A program made the translations under genes and the position numbers. From contig JAXSPP010000008.1 of the NCBI GenBank assembly GCA_037927135.1, positions 19,281 to 83,280 on the forward strand: DNA of 64,000 nucleotides, in the 5' to 3' direction. The DNA comes from Candidatus Pampinifervens sinense (GTDB lineage: Bacteria > Aquificota > Aquificia > Aquificales > Aquificaceae). This document shows positions 41,749-50,137 of this stretch, piece by piece. Within the stretch, counting starts at the first letter, position 1. Each line of letters begins with the position of its first letter. The notes beneath the pieces were generated by a model. The model saw only the letters and a program-made list of their open reading frames with translations. It did not search any database and was not told the DNA's origin.

Positions 41749-42224
41749 TGATTGAAGGCTTTTTTCCAGATCTTAAGACATGGGCAGAGACCTTTGTGCA
41801 TGAGTATGGATATGTAGCCCTCTTCATTCTATCCTTCACCGAATCTATAATTCAACCCATACCACCCTTTCCCTTCATTCTAAGCGCTCCCCTCTTCGGC
41901 CTTAGCCCTTATGTGGCAGGTCTCGTCTCTTTGATTGGTAACTTACTTGGAGCCCTTGTAGCCTACTATCTTGCAAAGGTTTTAGGAGAGGTTGCTGTAA
42001 GGAAGGTTTTAGGAGAAAGGCTCTACATGAAGGGTGAGGCCCTCTTTAACAGATATGGCTTTTGGGCTGTCCTTATTGGAGAGCCCTATAAGCTTGTGTG
42101 TTGGCTTGCTGGACTCTTTCATATGCCTTTGATCACTTTTATGATAGCAAGCCTTATAGCTAGAACTGTAAGGATAGGCCTCTTTGTCTTCTTTGGAGAT
42201 CTTTTGAAAGGCTTTTTAGGTTAG
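41748..42224 (+). CDS. DedA/YqaA (VTT domain) membrane protein
   Basis: SFTESIIQPIP, PYKLVCWLAG, ARTVR. Confidence 0.85.
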   Translation: MIEGFFPDLKTWAETFVHEYGYVALFILSFTESIIQPIPPFPFILSAPLFGLSPYVAGLVSLIGNLLGALVAYYLAKVLGEVAVRKVLGERLYMKGEALFNRYGFWAVLIGEPYKLVCWLAGLFHMPLITFMIASLIARTVRIGLFVFFGDLLKGFLG

Positions 42225-42296
42225 TGGGTGCGGGAGGACTCGAACCCCCAACCGGGCGGTTATGAGCCGCCCGCTCTGCCATTGAGCTACGCACCC
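42225..42296 (-). tRNA. tRNA with CAT anticodon (elongator Met or Ile2), CCA not encoded
   Basis: Minus strand GGGTGCGTAGCTCAATGGCAGAGCGGGCGGCTCATAACCGCCCGGTTGGGGGTTCGAGTCCTCCCGCACCCA; G1-C72 paired and no GGG/CCC anticodon stem, so not the initiator. Confidence 0.93.
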
Positions 42297-42380
42297 TATT
42301 GTAGATAATATTATAAAACCCCTTGACAAAGTTTGCAACCATATGATAGAGTTTAGAAAAGGGTCTAAGGAGGTTGGGCT

Positions 42381-42986
42381 ATGGGAAGGTACATACTTGC
42401 CTTAGTTCTTGTGGGAGCCCTATATAAACCCATAGAAAACCAATCCCCCTTAGGTATAGGTGGCCCTACAAAAACTTCTTCTCAAGATTCCCAACTCCTT
42501 GAAGATGATCTTTTTGATGTGGATACAGTTAATAAGATAGTGGCCGTTGAGCTATCCGCCGAAGAAGCAATGAAGGAGCTTGTAAATGTGAAAACTGTAG
42601 AAACGTTAAAGCCCGATATTTGGCCAGTGGTGGGTGTTATAACCTCTGACTATGGATGGAGGGTGGTAGGTGGAAGGAGAGAGTTTCATACAGGTGTGGA
42701 CATATCAGCTCCCTATGGCACACCTGTAGTAGCCTCCGCAGATGGAAGGGTTATATACGCTGGTTGGATAAGGGGCTATGGGAAAACTGTCATAATATAC
42801 CATGGCTATGGCCTTGTGACCCTTTATGCACACCTATCAGATATAAAGGTAGAATACTCGGATAGGGTGGTCAAAGGTCAAATAATAGGCAATGTAGGGA
42901 CCACAGGTAGGGCTTTTGGCCCTCACCTTCACTACGAGGTTTTAAAATACGGAATAAGGCAGAATCCAATAGCCTACCTTCCTTAA
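42381..42986 (+). CDS. M23 family metallopeptidase
   Basis: HTGVD, YAHL, GPHLHYEV. Confidence 0.92.
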   Translation: MGRYILALVLVGALYKPIENQSPLGIGGPTKTSSQDSQLLEDDLFDVDTVNKIVAVELSAEEAMKELVNVKTVETLKPDIWPVVGVITSDYGWRVVGGRREFHTGVDISAPYGTPVVASADGRVIYAGWIRGYGKTVIIYHGYGLVTLYAHLSDIKVEYSDRVVKGQIIGNVGTTGRAFGPHLHYEVLKYGIRQNPIAYLP

Positions 42987-43534
42987 AGAAGACCCCTTCT
43001 CTTTAGCGCATCTTCGTATATTTTCTTGTAAAGATGGTTCCACTCGGGTGTACCCTCCACTATCCTTCTTGAATAGGACCTTATCCTCTCTCTAACTTCC
43101 CTATCTATCTCCTCCTCTTCTTTTACAGCCTCCATAAGTATGGCCCTTATCCTGTTCCTTATAACCACAGGCTCTTCATATATCTCCACTTGAGGATCTT
43201 CCATTATCAGATCCTTTATCCTTTGCACTATCTGGTTCATCCTCTCTCGCTTATTGGTATGGATATTCATCTCCTCAGCAAGCTTACTCCTCACGGTTCT
43301 AAAGGCAGTCCTATAGTCCAAGCTAGTCTCTTCTAAAAGGTCAAGCTTTTCTTTTAAGATCTCTTTAGTTTTTTCATCCAACATCCTCTCTTCTTCTTCC
43401 GCCTGCTTAAATATGGCTATTATCTTCTTTCTAAACACATAAGGATCTTCAGGCTCTATAATCCTTTCCTTCTCGTAAAGTTCTTTAAGGATTCTATCGG
43501 CTATCCTTTCAACCAGTTTTTCAGGCAACCTCAT
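42983..43534 (-). CDS. DUF507-like protein (apparent internal duplication)
   Basis: Two similar helical halves (EEERMLDEK / EEEEIDREV), ending KRRGL. Confidence 0.65.
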   Translation of the reverse strand: MRLPEKLVERIADRILKELYEKERIIEPEDPYVFRKKIIAIFKQAEEEERMLDEKTKEILKEKLDLLEETSLDYRTAFRTVRSKLAEEMNIHTNKRERMNQIVQRIKDLIMEDPQVEIYEEPVVIRNRIRAILMEAVKEEEEIDREVRERIRSYSRRIVEGTPEWNHLYKKIYEDALKRRGLL

Positions 43535-43558
43535 TTAGCTCCTCCTAAATCTAGTCAA

Positions 43559-44269
43559 TTATACCATGAAAAAATTTTCTAGTATACCTTTAACTTCCTG
43601 AGTATATTCTCCATTTTCTTCATTAATTATAAGAGGTTTTTCAACATTAAGCCTAGGATTAAGATTTTTCAATGCATAAATATGCACCAGTTTAGCATTT
43701 TTAGTAACCTTTGGATAAAAAATCCTAATTGAAAGAACATTTGTATTATATTTTTTCATATAAAGGGCAGCCTCCAGCAACCTATCTGAAGAAACTAATA
43801 AGTTAAATCCTCTTCCATCCTTAAGCAAAAAACTTCCAGCTCTTATAAAATCTTCAAGTGTAGTATCTATTTCATGATGATATACATTATCTGAAGTTGT
43901 TCCTTTATAAAAGGGAGGATTGGCTATTATGGCGTCAAAGAATTGTGGCTTAAAGCCTTTTTCTATGTATTTTATGTCAAGGTTAACTACATGAACTCTA
44001 TCTTCTAAATTGTTAATCTTTACGTTGTAAGAAAGTAGGTCTAGCATGGTGCTATCCCTCTCTATAGCCCAAACCTGACACTCATATCTTAGAGCGGTAA
44101 GTATAGAGAGGGTGCCAAAGCCTGCTCCAAGGTCTGCTACTTTAAAACCTCTTTTTATCCCCTTAAGATTGGCCACAAACAGGATCTCTACTATTGAAAG
44201 CCTATGGGCCTTCGGCTGCTTAAACTTTACCTTACCCCTAAAGAATTCAAACTCTTTAAACTCTTCCAA
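43559..44269 (-). CDS. SAM-dependent methyltransferase, tRNA1(Val) A37 N6-methylase (YfiC/TrmN6)-like
   Basis: DLGAGFG motif I and NPPF motif IV. Confidence 0.78.
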   Translation of the reverse strand: MEEFKEFEFFRGKVKFKQPKAHRLSIVEILFVANLKGIKRGFKVADLGAGFGTLSILTALRYECQVWAIERDSTMLDLLSYNVKINNLEDRVHVVNLDIKYIEKGFKPQFFDAIIANPPFYKGTTSDNVYHHEIDTTLEDFIRAGSFLLKDGRGFNLLVSSDRLLEAALYMKKYNTNVLSIRIFYPKVTKNAKLVHIYALKNLNPRLNVEKPLIINEENGEYTQEVKGILENFFMV

Positions 44270-44657
44270 ACCTTTCTACTAGCTCAAGTAAAGTCCTAGC
44301 CCTTTCCTTTACCCTTTCCCATTCTTCTATCTCTTCCATAGTTTGGGCTGTAGCAAGCTTCTTTACCGCCTGATCAAAGAGTTCCTTTTCCTTTCCTGGA
44401 TCTATCTCCCCTATATTGTAAGCTTCCTCTGCAAGGATTATGACCTTTTCCGGTGTGACATCCACAAAGCCGTAGGTTACTGCAATGCCATTTTCCATCT
44501 TGCCATCAAAGTAGACAAGCCCAGGCTTTAGCATGGTCATGAGATACATATGCTTTTCCAAAACTCCTATCTCACCCTCTACAGTAGGTATGTTTACAGA
44601 ATTTACCTCTTTAGAAAAGTGCAGGCCCTTGGGCGTGACTATCTCCACCTTAATCAT
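44256..44657 (-). CDS. atpC: F0F1 ATP synthase epsilon subunit
   Basis: EIVTP, GEIGVLEKH, GFVDV, ILAEEA. Confidence 0.92.
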   Translation of the reverse strand: MIKVEIVTPKGLHFSKEVNSVNIPTVEGEIGVLEKHMYLMTMLKPGLVYFDGKMENGIAVTYGFVDVTPEKVIILAEEAYNIGEIDPGKEKELFDQAVKKLATAQTMEEIEEWERVKERARTLLELVERFGRV

Positions 44658-45088
44658 GGCTTTAAAATTATACCATCCTTTTTTCTGCTATCTCTAAAGA
44701 GCTCATGGCATGCCATACAACCCTGTATCATCCATATGTAGGTTTGAAAAGCTTGATCTCTCTTACCTTCCTTTACAAACTTTATGACCTCCTCTGCACC
44801 ACCATGGATTTGTCTTTCAAAGGTAGGCATAAATTTTATAAACTCTTCTCTCTTTGATGGGTCTACGTATTTTAAAGGTCCTCCCTTTGGTGTAGGATGC
44901 TCAGCTATCTCCTTAGCTCCCTCAATTATCAACCAATCGTTGTTTAAAAGAAAGCCTTGAAGCATCTTTATAGCCGACATGTTTACCATCTGCATCACCT
45001 GTTTAAAGGTGAGATTACTTTCTTGCGTATGCTCATGGGCAAAACCAAGACTAAGGCTTAAGGCAAGGGCAAATCCCACTTTTCTCAT
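44654..45088 (-). CDS. Periplasmic monoheme cytochrome c with C-terminal CxxCH (class II / cytochrome c'-like)
   Basis: Signal peptide, helical body, CMACH near the C-terminus. Confidence 0.75.
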   Translation of the reverse strand: MRKVGFALALSLSLGFAHEHTQESNLTFKQVMQMVNMSAIKMLQGFLLNNDWLIIEGAKEIAEHPTPKGGPLKYVDPSKREEFIKFMPTFERQIHGGAEEVIKFVKEGKRDQAFQTYIWMIQGCMACHELFRDSRKKDGIILKP

Positions 45089-45089
45089 A

Positions 45090-45581
45090 CTACAACCTCC
45101 TTATCTTTATCTTCCAGTAGCTACCTTCATAGGCCACATACTCCCATCCCACCTTTTTGGGAAAGGCCATACTCATCTGAAAGTAAAGGGGTAAGGGGTC
45201 GTGGTCGTTTATGATGAAAAAGGCTTCGCCTTTGGCGGTTTTGGAAAACCTTTCCATCACCAAAGGGTGCCTTCTGCCATGCTCTATACTTCTTAAATCA
45301 ATGGTTTCACCATCTTGAAGGCTTTCCCCTCCAAAGGCTATCTCATATATTTCTGCTTCGCCTTCACACATAAAGCCAAATAACTCAGCCCTCTTCACAT
45401 AAAAGACTGCAGGAGCCTCCACCCTATCAAACCTCTGTCCCAGTATGTACCTTCCCGAGCCCTTTGAAAGGATATAAACCCTCTCATAGCCTACCGCCGA
45501 GGGCATAAGGGTGTCTTTTAAAAGCCTTAGATAAACGCCATCTAAACTAAAGCCCTTTCCTACTTCGGGTATTACCAGCAT
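45090..45581 (-). CDS. Cupin-like + DUF2249 domain protein
   Basis: C-terminal IDLR...RH...INDHDPLPLYFQ...W.I.I DUF2249 pattern. Confidence 0.75.
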   Translation of the reverse strand: MLVIPEVGKGFSLDGVYLRLLKDTLMPSAVGYERVYILSKGSGRYILGQRFDRVEAPAVFYVKRAELFGFMCEGEAEIYEIAFGGESLQDGETIDLRSIEHGRRHPLVMERFSKTAKGEAFFIINDHDPLPLYFQMSMAFPKKVGWEYVAYEGSYWKIKIRRL

Positions 45582-45615
45582 GGTTTAGAATGTAGGTCTT
45601 AAGTTAAGTATGTAA

Positions 45616-45629
45616 ATGATTACAATCAT
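45616..45629 (-). promoter_or_regulatory. DNR/FNR-like palindrome ATGAT-N4-ATCAT
   Basis: ATGATTACAATCAT centred 41.5 bp upstream of ATG 45581; TACATT -10 lies 7 nt before that ATG. Confidence 0.6.
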
Positions 45630-45646
45630 AAGAGTTAGATATATAT

Positions 45647-47584
45647 TCACCTTAGAACTACAAAGCTCCCAGTAGCATCATCGTAAGTTATAAGCACGCT
45701 CTCTTTTGGTTTTTGGGGTGTTTCAAACTCAATTTCTTTCACCTTCTCCTTATGGGCTATCTCTTCCAACCTTAGCCTTAGTTTTTTCCCTTTGGGTTCT
45801 AAAAAGATCTCATCATAGACAAAGAGTGAAGCATCCTTTCTTAGACCCCTTGGATAAAAGGTCTTTGAGTAAATCGTCTTTCCTTCTGAGATTATTTCCA
45901 CCTTAATAGGTGACCTCTCCTTTGCTATAGCCAGCTGTGTTTGCATATGCTTTAGACCCTCTTTTTTAACCATGGCTTCCTTGACAGGAGAGGACCTATA
46001 CTTAAAGTTTAGAACCACTGCAGATTTGTGGGTAGGATAAAAGGACATCTTATAAGTTGTTAGAGGATAGAAAAGAAAAGTTGGTATGGTAAGGATAAGT
46101 GTGGCTACTACGTAGTTTGTCTTTTCTAAAGCTATTATCTTGGGTTCTTTACCAGTTTTTTCTTCCTTCATAAACTCATCCACTTCCTTTTCAATGGGTT
46201 TTACGTAAGGAGCCTCCAGTATAAGCACCTTTCCTCCCAACACCCTTTTCCTCAAGATAGGTCTTCTTTCCCTCTTGTACCTTTCCTCCAACCATTTGTT
46301 GCCTTCCCTAAAGTAGCAGTCCTCATACTCACAGGAAACTAGGATAAGGCCTTCCAATCCCATATCAAGTAGCTCCTCTGCATAGAGGGTATTTACAGCA
46401 CCTATACAAGGCACTGTAAAGGAAAGAAGCCCTTTTCTCTCAGGAAGCTGGGCGCTAAAAGGACATCTAAAGGCTAAGTAAGAGGGCTTTTCTTTCCTCA
46501 CCCTCTCTATTATTTCCACAATAGGAAAAGTGGGAATGTCTATACTTTTTACACTGCAAGACCCTACACATATACCACAGCCGGCACACTTTCCTTCATT
46601 CAAAACAGCCTTTTTATCTCCATCAAAGCTTCTCATGGTTATGGCCTCATAAGGACAGTCTATATAACACTGCTCACATCCAGTGCATCTTTCAAGGTTT
46701 ATTTGTGCGGGAGGGTTTCTCCTTCCCTTTATGAGCCATGGGAAAACAAAAAGGAAGGTGAAGAATCCTAAGAATAGGATCCAATTGGCAGACATGGGAA
46801 GGTATTTAAGAAGTGGATAGCCAAAGAAATAAAACCAGTCAAGGCTCATCTCAAAGGGTAGCTTTTCTATGTAGGCTGGTGGGTCACTCTTTGCGGGGAA
46901 AAGTATGGAGAGGGCTATAAGAAGTAAGGTTATGGTTATATAAAGGAACTTGGGAGGTATGAGCCTTGGCCTTGCATTTCTCATCACATGAATCCAAAGG
47001 GTAAAGACTATGAGAATGGTGAGGGCTATGTGGGCAAAGAGGAGTATTCTGAAGAGGCCACTCAGATACTTTACATCTTTGCCAAGGAAAGCACTCATAA
47101 GAACATCTCCAAAGACTGGTAGAAAAGAAAAGAACTTAGCAGTCAGTATTCCAAGGAGCTGTGCCTTTGTGTCCCAAACTAGGATATAACCAGAGATGCC
47201 TATGGCTAAAAAGATGAGTAAAGTAGCGATCCCTGTCACCCAAGCCACCCATCTAAAGAGTCTAAACCTATCTGTTATGATCACGTGAATCATATGAGCG
47301 ATAGTGGTAAGAATCAAGGCATCAGATGAGTACCTATGTATGCCTCTCATTATGTTTCCTAAAAAGCTGTGTGATATAGCTTCCACCGAAGCATAGGAAG
47401 ATTTTGGATCTATGCTGTAAAAAAGGAAGAGGTAAACACCAGAGATTACATCTATGACAAGAAGGAATACAGCTATAGCTCCAAGGTGGTAGAGTGGGTT
47501 TAGCCTGGAGGAAAAAAACTTGCTTAAGGTGTAGGAGATCTTTTGGAAGGCTATGTAAAAGGGTTGTATGCTTATCACTTCCAT
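45647..47584 (-). CDS. Cytochrome b / 2x[4Fe-4S] / MvhD-like [2Fe-2S] multidomain membrane protein
   Basis: Cytochrome b His pairs (RGIHRY...AHMIH; FAHIA...WIHV); CTGCEQCYIDCP and CAGCGICVGSC; MvhD-like FRC...VPCIG...SCEYEDCYF; further C-terminal TM plus soluble domain. Confidence 0.82.
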   Translation of the reverse strand: MEVISIQPFYIAFQKISYTLSKFFSSRLNPLYHLGAIAVFLLVIDVISGVYLFLFYSIDPKSSYASVEAISHSFLGNIMRGIHRYSSDALILTTIAHMIHVIITDRFRLFRWVAWVTGIATLLIFLAIGISGYILVWDTKAQLLGILTAKFFSFLPVFGDVLMSAFLGKDVKYLSGLFRILLFAHIALTILIVFTLWIHVMRNARPRLIPPKFLYITITLLLIALSILFPAKSDPPAYIEKLPFEMSLDWFYFFGYPLLKYLPMSANWILFLGFFTFLFVFPWLIKGRRNPPAQINLERCTGCEQCYIDCPYEAITMRSFDGDKKAVLNEGKCAGCGICVGSCSVKSIDIPTFPIVEIIERVRKEKPSYLAFRCPFSAQLPERKGLLSFTVPCIGAVNTLYAEELLDMGLEGLILVSCEYEDCYFREGNKWLEERYKRERRPILRKRVLGGKVLILEAPYVKPIEKEVDEFMKEEKTGKEPKIIALEKTNYVVATLILTIPTFLFYPLTTYKMSFYPTHKSAVVLNFKYRSSPVKEAMVKKEGLKHMQTQLAIAKERSPIKVEIISEGKTIYSKTFYPRGLRKDASLFVYDEIFLEPKGKKLRLRLEEIAHKEKVKEIEFETPQKPKESVLITYDDATGSFVVLR

Positions 47585-47596
47585 CCTTTACCTCCT

Positions 47597-47614
47597 TGTA
47601 AATACATACTTACT
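47597..47614. promoter_or_regulatory. Operator-like palindrome copy (TGTAAAT-N4-ACTTACT)
   Basis: Immediately upstream of the AGGAGG SD of the cytochrome b fusion gene; matches copies at 47721 and 52130. Confidence 0.55.
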
Positions 47615-47685
47615 TTATTAATATAAGCCCTTTATTAAAATCTTATAGATTTTAATTTCACGTTATAATATGATAAATTAAATTC

Positions 47686-47741
47686 TTGACAATAATACCA
47701 TTTTATTTTAAACTTAATCCTGTAAGTAATCACTTACAGGA
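47686..47741 (+). promoter_or_regulatory. Sigma70-type promoter with overlapping perfect palindrome
   Basis: TTGACA(47686)-N17-TAAACT(47709); TCCTGTAAGT-AATC-ACTTACAGGA (47718-47741) covers the predicted +1 and the start of the SD. Confidence 0.7.
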
Positions 47742-47749
47742 GGTAGAAC

Positions 47750-47926
47750 ATGGAGGAGAAAAAAAAGACTCCTTTCCTTCAGCTGGTCATGGACGATTTT
47801 ATGCTTCTCTTCCTCATAGGGGTTACCATCTATGCCGTCTTTTACCTTATCTGGGGCCTTATGGAACTGGCATGGCTCTCGCCCATACCGGAGGAGTTAA
47901 AAGCATCACTTTTGGGAGGTAAGTGA
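47750..47926 (+). CDS. 58-aa single-TM small subunit of the heme-copper operon (subunit IIa-like)
   Basis: Below ORF cutoff; AGGAGG SD; MEEKKKTPFLQLVMDDFMLLFLIGVTIYAVFYLIWGLMELAWLSPIPEELKASLLGGK; stop 1 nt before subunit II ATG. Confidence 0.8.
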   Translation: MEEKKKTPFLQLVMDDFMLLFLIGVTIYAVFYLIWGLMELAWLSPIPEELKASLLGGK

Positions 47927-47927
47927 C

Positions 47928-48458
47928 ATGAGCCTGCTACCACCTGAAGAAGGATGGTACTTTAAGAAGGTAGCAAAGGATGAGAAGATGTGGATAGCCC
48001 TTGCCTTAGTGGTATGCCTTATCCTCTTTTTCTGGATGATTGTCTGGCACATCTACGGAAAGCAAAACCCCTCCTTTACCACCTACAGAACAACTCCTCA
48101 GGAGTTTAACGCTCTGGCTACAGCCTTTATAGAAAAGTACAAAGTAGGTGAGATGAACGGAATACCTGTGGTTGAACCGCCACCCAACAGCGATGTTTTC
48201 CTTGTGGCCAAGATGTGGAGATGGGAGCCCGTTTTGGTGCTCAAAAAGGGCCAAGAGTACAGGTTCCACATATCTTCTTTAGATCTCTTACATGGCTTTT
48301 CTTTGCAACCTGTCAACATGAACTTTATGGTCTATCCGGGATATGACTATGTGCTTACCTTTAGGCCTACCTCTGCTGGGGAGTTTGCCATAGTGTGCAA
48401 TGAGTTTTGCGGTATAGGACATCACATGATGATAGGAAAGATCATAGTCAAAGAATAA
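47928..48458 (+). CDS. Heme-copper oxidoreductase subunit II with CuA site
   Basis: Single TM; DLLHGF and CNEFCGIGHHMM CuA ligands (B-family-like architecture). Confidence 0.9.
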   Translation: MSLLPPEEGWYFKKVAKDEKMWIALALVVCLILFFWMIVWHIYGKQNPSFTTYRTTPQEFNALATAFIEKYKVGEMNGIPVVEPPPNSDVFLVAKMWRWEPVLVLKKGQEYRFHISSLDLLHGFSLQPVNMNFMVYPGYDYVLTFRPTSAGEFAIVCNEFCGIGHHMMIGKIIVKE

Positions 48459-48469
48459 GGAGGTAAGCC

Positions 48470-50137
48470 ATGTTTAGGATGTGTGATATTACAGGCCTAA
48501 AGGTGGACTTAAATGCCGAAAAGCTTATAAAGCTTAACGCTGTTATGGCCGTTGTCTCCCTTCTTATCGGTGTGATCGGAGCCCTCCTTTTGGTGCTCAC
48601 AAGATGGCAGGTGGTGCATCTTTTGCCGGTGGATTGGTACTATAGAGTGCTCACCCTTCATGGCCTCAACGCCTTAATATTCTGGATAGTCTTCTTTGAG
48701 ATAGCAGGCCTCTACTTTGGTTCTACCATAGTGCTAAACTCTAGGATGTCTTCACCAAAGCTTGGATGGTTTGCCTTCATCCTTATGGTCCTAGGCTTTC
48801 TCCTTGTCAACTACACCATACTGACTGGAAAGGCTGACGTTTTGATGACCTCTTACGCTCCTTTGCAGGCACACCCAGTTTATTATCTAGGCATTATCCT
48901 TTTTGCAGTTGGTGCCCTCATAGGTGTTCTTCTTTTCTTTGCAAACCTTATGATAGCTAGGAAAGAAGGGACATATGGAGATTCCCTACCTCTGTTTACT
49001 TACGGTCTTATGGCAGCTGCCATAATAGCCTTTATAACCCTTGCCACTGGCGCCATAATATATATTCCCACCTTCCTTTGGTCTTTGGGAATCATAAAGA
49101 GCATAGATGCGGGTGTTTATAAGCTCGTCTGGTGGGGTTTTGGACATTCCTCACAGCAGATAAATGTAACGGCTATGATAGCCGTGTGGTATCTTGGAGC
49201 TTTTCTTACGGTTGGTGGTACATCCATCAATGAAAAGGTAAGCAGGATAGCCTTTCTCCTTTACATTATAGGTATAAACGTAGCTTCAGCACATCATCTT
49301 TTAGTAGACCCAGGGCCTAGCCCCGTTTGGAAAGTCTTTAACACAAGCTACATCATGTACTTGGCAGTCCTTGCCTCTATGATACATGCCTTTGCTGTTC
49401 CATCCGCCATTGAATCGGCCCAAAGGAGAAGAGGCTTTACAAAGGGTCTTTTTGACTGGCTCAAAAACGCTCCATGGGGCAACCCAGCCTTTTCGGCCAC
49501 ATTCCTTTCTATCATCATCTTTGGCTTTATAGGTGGTATAACGGGTGTAGTAAACGGTATGGAACAAACCAACATAATAGCCCACAATACCCTTTCCATA
49601 CCAGGACACTTTAAAGGAACTGTGGTGGGTGGAACTACCTTAGCCTTCATGGGTATTACCTACTACCTTATACCCCTTGTGTTTAGAAAGCGCATCTCCT
49701 TCTTTGGTCTTGCCAAGCTACAGCCTTGGGTTTTTGGCATAGGGATAGCCATATTGGCTGTATCCATGTACATACTTGGAGCCTTTGGTGTTCCAAGAAG
49801 ACACTACGATATTACCTTCTCCGGAGGACCCTTTACCTATACTTTTAACCCAGCTACAGACTTCTTCTGGGCCCTCTTTGCCATAGGTGGCCTAATGGCT
49901 GTTATAGGTGCCTTAATGTGGATACTTATAGTGGTCTTTTCTGTCTTCTTTGGTGCTCCTTTGAGAGGTCCTCAGGATATGCAACTTCAAATAGCCTCAC
50001 CCCCACCACCAGCCAAAGAAAACCATGGCTTTGAAGCTCCAGGAACTCTTGCCCTTACCCTTCTCTTCATGGCCACCTTCATCATATTCCTACTTCTCAA
50101 CTGGGGATGGCTCGCAGCCATGTGGGAGGTAAGGTAA
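48470..50137 (+). CDS. Heme-copper superfamily subunit I, eNOR-like (putative nitric oxide reductase)
   Basis: H64 (LHG); helix VI GH226SSQQ230 with Gln where O2 reductases have the cross-linked Tyr; H275H276; helix X GH380FK382; PRR loop. Confidence 0.8.
   Translation: MFRMCDITGLKVDLNAEKLIKLNAVMAVVSLLIGVIGALLLVLTRWQVVHLLPVDWYYRVLTLHGLNALIFWIVFFEIAGLYFGSTIVLNSRMSSPKLGWFAFILMVLGFLLVNYTILTGKADVLMTSYAPLQAHPVYYLGIILFAVGALIGVLLFFANLMIARKEGTYGDSLPLFTYGLMAAAIIAFITLATGAIIYIPTFLWSLGIIKSIDAGVYKLVWWGFGHSSQQINVTAMIAVWYLGAFLTVGGTSINEKVSRIAFLLYIIGINVASAHHLLVDPGPSPVWKVFNTSYIMYLAVLASMIHAFAVPSAIESAQRRRGFTKGLFDWLKNAPWGNPAFSATFLSIIIFGFIGGITGVVNGMEQTNIIAHNTLSIPGHFKGTVVGGTTLAFMGITYYLIPLVFRKRISFFGLAKLQPWVFGIGIAILAVSMYILGAFGVPRRHYDITFSGGPFTYTFNPATDFFWALFAIGGLMAVIGALMWILIVVFSVFFGAPLRGPQDMQLQIASPPPPAKENHGFEAPGTLALTLLFMATFIIFLLLNWGWLAAMWEVR

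Noticed and set aside
15562-42296. Integrated element bounded by the two similar tRNA sequences
   Set aside because: Both are complete tRNAs with different anticodons; intervening genes are housekeeping and no integrase is present
42160-42342. 60-aa minus-strand ORF
   Set aside because: It is a translation of the tRNA(CAT) gene
47686-47922. 78-aa ORF starting at TTG
   Set aside because: Its TTG is the -35 box; the 58-aa frame from 47750 has the SD and a TM helix
47928-50137. Calling the operon an ordinary ba3/cbb3 cytochrome c oxidase
   Set aside because: No helix VI Tyr, HFK instead of HFH, and subunit II is CuA-type with no heme c
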